Source: Octopus vulgaris
Lineage: Eukaryota
DNA length: 64,000 nucleotides
Assembly (NCBI GenBank): GCA_951406725.2
Contig: OX597836.1
Location: forward strand, 25,544,001 to 25,608,000
Direction of reading: 5' to 3'
Notes under the pieces: model-generated
What the model saw: the letters and a program-made list of their open reading frames with translations, nothing else
The model's database searches: none
Told to the model about the DNA's origin: nothing
Made by a program: the position numbers and the translations under genes
Part shown: positions 58,577-64,000 of the stretch, one piece after another
How the letters are laid out: every line of letters begins with the position of its first letter
Position numbering within the stretch: the first letter of the stretch is position 1

Positions 58577-58900
58577 TGAGGGTGCGTGGCTTAGTGGTTA
58601 GGGCATTCGGCTCACAGTCGTGAGGGTGTTAGTTCGATACCCGGTGGTGCGTTGTGTCCTTGAGCAAGACGCTTTATTTCCCATGGCTCCAGTCCATTCA
58701 GCTGGGAAAAATGAGTTGTACCCGTAATTCAAAGGGTCAACCTTGTCGCATTTTGTGTCACGCTGAATCTCCCTGAGAACTACGTTAAGGGTGCACGTGT
58801 CTGTGGAGTGCTCAGCCACTTGCACGTTAATTTCACGAGTAAGCTGTTCCGTTGATCAGATCAAATAGAACCCTCATCGTCGTAACCGACGGAGTGCCAA
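58577..58900 (+). mobile_element. SINE family A, full length (tRNA head plus CORE-like domain)
   Basis: A box gtggcttagtggt, B box gttcgatacc, CORE-like 'tgtgtccttgagcaagacgctttat'. Several homologous copies in the window. Confidence 0.8.
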
Positions 58901-59670
58901 TTTTAATAACATTGTGTGTTTTCACTGTTTTCGACTTGATTTCGTTCTCTGCTTCAACGCTTAGCGATTGCTCAGCTTAGCTCTTGTTCTCCGCACTAAC
59001 TAGCAGTAGTAGCATAAATACATACATACATACATACATACATACATACATACATACATACATACATACATACATGCATACATACATTTCGAAATATAAC
59101 AATATTTATATATATATATATACATATATATACATAGAAACAGCGTCTCTTCAACCTGCAGCACAAAGGCAATATTTCCATTTGTGAAAAGTGAGGTTAA
59201 CGCAGTTTTGCAATCGAAGAATTAACATTCGATGCCGCTCTGTCATTAAATTAAAACTAATGCTAATGAAGTGAAAGCAACTGATGCAGTTCCAACTGAT
59301 AATTAAAATCCATTTAACTCACTCAATACAATAAAGCGTTGCTCGACCTCAAATAATGATTTCTTGTATTGGCCCAACGACAGAAATGTTAGGAAAATGT
59401 AATGTCTCTTTAATGGGAAATTGTTATGTCTGTTTATTTGACTCGTTCTCGAAAAATCTCAGCGGATTTCAGAGGGTTACTAAAGAAACATTTACAGCGT
59501 CCTTTATTCGGTTCAAGGCACATGGTTGGACTGTTGATTTCACGAATGTCAAGACTGTACGTTCGGTTTGTGGACTAAGCCTCGCGTTACGTCCTTGAGC
59601 AAGGCACTTGTTTTATCGTTTGCTCAAGTCTACTCAATTAAAAGTGAGCAACAACCGACTGTTGGTAAAC

Positions 59671-59735
<65 letters not shown>

Positions 59736-59822
59736 ACCCTCCAGCTATCCTCTGCGTTCTGCTAGATCAGGGGTGGAAGACCAAGGTGTCTATATCTGCT
59801 GAAAAGTACTTAAAACAGCTAG

Positions 59823-59899
<77 letters not shown>

Positions 59900-59900
<1 letters not shown>

Positions 59901-60203
59901 AATTAATAGTTATCGCCATACTAATATGGCAGTCTTATAAATATAAGACTAAAGCTGTCGCTGGCTAGCTCCATGAGGCCACCGCCTCAAGCTAGCTATT
60001 TGACACACGAACCTGCGTCCATTAAAAACCTTCGAAGAAGGGAGGTCAGCCGCTTCATCCTGCCAGTTCGAAGGTTTTTAATGGACGCAGGTTCGTGTGT
60101 CAAATAGCTAGCTTGAGGCGGTGGCCTCATGGAGCTAACCAGCGACAGCTTTAGTCTTATATTTATAAGACTGCCATATTAGTATGGCGATAACTATTAA
60201 TTT
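59900..60203. repeat. Long hairpin: 137-bp arms, 30-nt loop
   Basis: 59900-60036 is the reverse complement of 60067-60203 with one mismatch seen. Confidence 0.95.
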
Positions 60204-60559
60204 CCAGTAACGCTGCCGTAATCTCCTTTGCTCTACTGATTCAACCGATGCAGCTTACTCAATAATGATGATTTCTAACCATCGCTGGCATCGATGGTAT
60301 TAACCTCTGCACTTCACCGGCATTGCTTTCGACCCAGGGAGAATGAAAAGCTGGATTTGAACGCAGAACGTAAAGAGTCTACGTCTTAAATGCTGCAAGA
60401 CACTTGCTTATGGTTTTAAATGATCTAACCAATGGTGGTGGCACTGGTTGCGCTGTTGGCGCTGGGTTGGGTGGGGAGGACGAGGCGTGTAGCGTCGCGG
60501 ACAGAGAAATGATAATGGTATTTAGGATAATGATATTCACGCCAATGACGACAAGCTCG

Positions 60560-60744
60560 GAAAGTGATGACGACGACACGGATGATGATGGTGATGATGA
60601 TGATGAAAACGATGATGATGATGATGATGATGACGATGATGGTGGTGATGATGATAATTATAATGACGACGACGATGTCGAAGATGATGATGAGGAGGAG
60701 GATCAATCAAGATGGTGTGGATGACGATGATGATGATGATGACC

Positions 60745-60802
<58 letters not shown>

Positions 60803-61010
60803 CTGACGACGTCAACGACGACGATGACTGTTTGGTTTAACATGATCCTCCCACCTTCCCCGCCGCCGCAACCCTATCATATTTTACATAGATGATAACA
60901 TTAATACATAAAATAGACGTTTCCCGTTTATGAATATTCATGAGATTCATTTACAGTTCACCGGATATTGGCATTGGTTCGGTGTTGGTGCGGCGGTGGC
61001 GGTGACAAAT

Positions 61011-61055
<45 letters not shown>

Positions 61056-61214
61056 GTAATAGTAGCAGCAGTAGTAGTGGTGGTGGTGGTGGTGATGTCA
61101 GTGTAGTTTCGACGGCAGTGGTTGGTGTTAACGCTGTTGTCTAATGGTATTAAAAGATCATTAGGTATATCCTGGCATTGGCGGCGGCGGAGGCGTCAGT
61201 GGTGGAGGTGGCGG

Positions 61215-61247
<33 letters not shown>

Positions 61248-61283
61248 CGATGAAGATGATGATGAATATGATGATGATGAAGT

Positions 61284-61343
<60 letters not shown>

Positions 61344-62318
61344 CGATGATGATGACGATGATGATGTTGATGGTGATGATGGTGATGATGGTGATGATGA
61401 TGATGAAGATGATGATGAAGATGATGATGAAGATGATGATGATGAAGATGATGATGATGATGATGATGATGTTGTTGTTGTTGTTACTGTTGGTGGTGGT
61501 GGTGGATTTCGTAGTTTACTGAAGGCAGTTAAATGTAATCGTTAGCAGTGGTGGTGGTGGTCTTGGTGGTGGTGGCGTTGTTGTTGGTGGTGGTGAAGAC
61601 GTGTAGGGTGAGGAGTCAATGTGGTGGTCCGCGTGGGTGGTAAAAGGGGTCATTTGACTTGGTAAGTGGAATGTGTGGGCTGTAACAGCGGTGGTGGTGG
61701 TTGTGGTGGTAGTGCTCGTGTGTAGGTTGTTTAGAGATAGCAAATGGGGAAAACAGTGATAACAGTAACAGTTTAGGTTGTAGTAGAAGTGGTAACAGTT
61801 GATTGTTGTACTGGTATTGGCGGCGGCGGCGGTGATGGTGATGGTGGTGGTGGTGGTGGTGGTGGTGGTGGTGGAAGTTCTGGCGGTTTTAGTGTCCTTG
61901 GTAGTGTTGATTCTAGTGTTGGTGGTAGTATTTGGAGGTAGTGTTGTGCCAGTGTAACTTTTGGTATTGGTAGTAGCGTTAGTGGTAATGTTGAGTGTGA
62001 TGGTGGTGTCGATGGTGGTAGTGTTGGGTTGTAGTATAGATCATAGTATTAGTGGTGGTGTTGGGTTGTAGTATAGGTCATAGTATTAGTAGTAGTGTTG
62101 GGTTGTAGTATAGGTTATAGTATTAATGGTAGTGATATGTTGTAGTATAAGTCATAGCATTAATGGTGGTGCTGGGTTGTAGTATAGGTCATAGTATTAG
62201 TGGTGGTGTTGGGTTGTGACTCTGGTAACAGTGATTCTGGATAATTAAGTTTGTTGTTGTTATCGCCATTGCTAATGTCTGCTATATCTCTTGCTACTGC
62301 TGCTGCTATTTCTATTAA

Positions 62319-62351
<33 letters not shown>

Positions 62352-62975
62352 CGTCGTCGCCACCGTCAGTCCTATCCGTTCCCGCCTCGCCCCTCCCTCC
62401 CTAATCATATATTCAACTTCACAGTCAAAGCTAATATTTCGTGCTGAAATGAAGTTAATTAGCAAACATAGAAATAAATTACTGTACAGGCCGAAGGTGG
62501 TGGTGGTGGTGGTGGTGGTGGTGGAGCTGGCGGCGGCGGTGGTGGAGCTGGACTGACGGTGGCGCAACTGGTGCTCGGATTAGTAGTGGTGATGGTGATG
62601 GTGGTGGTGGTGGGGGCGGTGCTGGAAATGGTAGACGAAGTGATGGTATTTGTTGTAGTGGCAACAGCCGTGGTAGAAGCGTTGTTGTTGTCGTTGTGGT
62701 AGTGGTGCAGGAGTGGTGGCTAGTTTAGGATTGTGGTGTAGAGAGCACCGGTATTTGTAGTAGCAATAGTAGTAGTATTGGTGGTGGTGGTGGTAGCGCA
62801 TTATGATTACGACGGTGATGATTTTGTTGTTGCTCTGAATAATAATGATTATGGAGGTGGTGGTGGTGGTGGTGGTGGTGCGGTGGGGGTAATGACGACG
62901 ACGACGACGATGATGATCTTACGATGGTGACGGCGGTGATGGTGGCGGTGGAGATGGTGATGGTGATGATGGTGG

Positions 62976-63021
<46 letters not shown>

Positions 63022-63040
63022 AACGACAACGATGATGACA
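60560..63040. repeat. Strand-biased field of (GAT)n, (GGT)n, (AGT)n and (GCT)n repeats
   Basis: Read directly; G/T-rich plus strand with a few unique islands. Confidence 0.9.
62015..62217. repeat. 37-bp minisatellite, about 5.5 units
   Basis: Unit gtgttgggttgtagtataggtcatagtattagtggtg starts at 62021, 62058, 62095, 62132, 62169 and 62206. Confidence 0.9.
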
Positions 63041-63159
63041 AGCCATGTCAAAAATCAAAGCCCATGTGATCAAACAGCACTCGACGGCAGACAGTGTGTT
63101 AAAAACGTCACCGGAACGTGATATATTCTATCAATACATATATATGTAACAATAGCCAT

Positions 63160-63296
<137 letters not shown>

Positions 63297-63398
63297 ATAT
63301 AGGGAGAATACACACACACACAAAAAAAAAAAAAAAGACGGAGACAGTTGGTGTTGACAACAAGCAGACGTGTTAGTTTAACGCTCGGGAAGTGTAAA

Positions 63399-63442
63399 AG
63401 TCTTTAACGTTTCGAGCTTACGCTCTTCCACAGAAAGGAACT
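63399..63442 (-). ncRNA. Hammerhead-like motif with A6U core variant, in repeat family F
   Basis: Minus strand: CUUU-CUGUGGA-A-GAGC-GUAA-GCUC-GAAA-CG-UU-AAAG. Stem II is perfect with a GNRA loop. Confidence 0.5.
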
Positions 63443-63502
63443 CAGAAAAAAACAAGGAAAGAAAATAAAGAATGTGTAGTGGCTAGCGATCTATCATGGC
63501 GA

Positions 63503-63550
<48 letters not shown>

Positions 63551-63556
<6 letters not shown>

Positions 63557-63892
63557 TACACACATGTGAGTGAGAACACTTTGAGATATTTTTGGTATCT
63601 AACATATGTCAGATACTGCGAGCGCTGCTTCTGATTGGTCAATCCATGGTGATGACCTGAGGTCACGGTGATGGCACTACTTTTGTCATTCATAAGTTAC
63701 AACTAAACGTGAAGAATTTAGTTATTAGGTTAATAAAATATGGTCGTTTATTCGTGTGTAATAAATAAAATACCAAACTCATTCCCTATGGATACCGTAT
63801 TTATTACAACACGTGGCTTGTAAACGTATCTAACTCGCTTTCGCTCGTTAGATGTAATAAATACGGTATCCATAGGGAACTCGTTTGGTATT
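63551..63892. mobile_element. Non-autonomous element with multiple inverted repeats
   Basis: atttattacacac/gtgtgtaataaat (63551, 63754) and a 40-bp IR at 63769-63808 / 63853-63892. Confidence 0.55.
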
Positions 63893-64000
63893 CTCTCTCT
63901 CTCTATATATATATAGCCCATGGCTATTGTTACTGTGTTGACACCAGTTAACAGCCCTCACTTACAATACGGCATTTAAAACCCAGGAAGTCGTTACCTG

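Noticed and set aside
58577-58650. tRNA gene
   Set aside because: A and B boxes are present but run into SINE body sequence; these are SINE heads, not complete cloverleafs.
62015-62217. 37-bp repeats as a possible CRISPR array
   Set aside because: Units are contiguous with no unique spacers, and the context is eukaryotic with no cas genes.

Overview
AT-rich, repeat-dense eukaryotic DNA. The SINE and microsatellite landscape strongly resembles an octopus (coleoid cephalopod) genome; this is an inference. The only convincing host coding sequence is one 105-nt minus-strand ankyrin-repeat exon (42539-42643, ANKDD1-like), so most of the window is probably intronic. The rest comprises three abundant tRNA-headed SINE families plus a minor fourth, R4/Dong-type, CR1/L2-type and Penelope-type retroelement remnants, a non-autonomous Helitron, several MITEs and many microsatellites. 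Most ORFs in the supplied track are translated microsatellites or SINEs. Most notable: (i) a set of divergent type-I hammerhead ribozyme motifs, most with palindromic stem III, including an intact tandem pair at 2384-2584; (ii) fold-back hairpin elements linked to them, one folding inside a hammerhead; (iii) locally templated insertions; (iv) head-body-body SINE concatemers joined at a GGTATT microhomology. All alignments and folds were done by eye.
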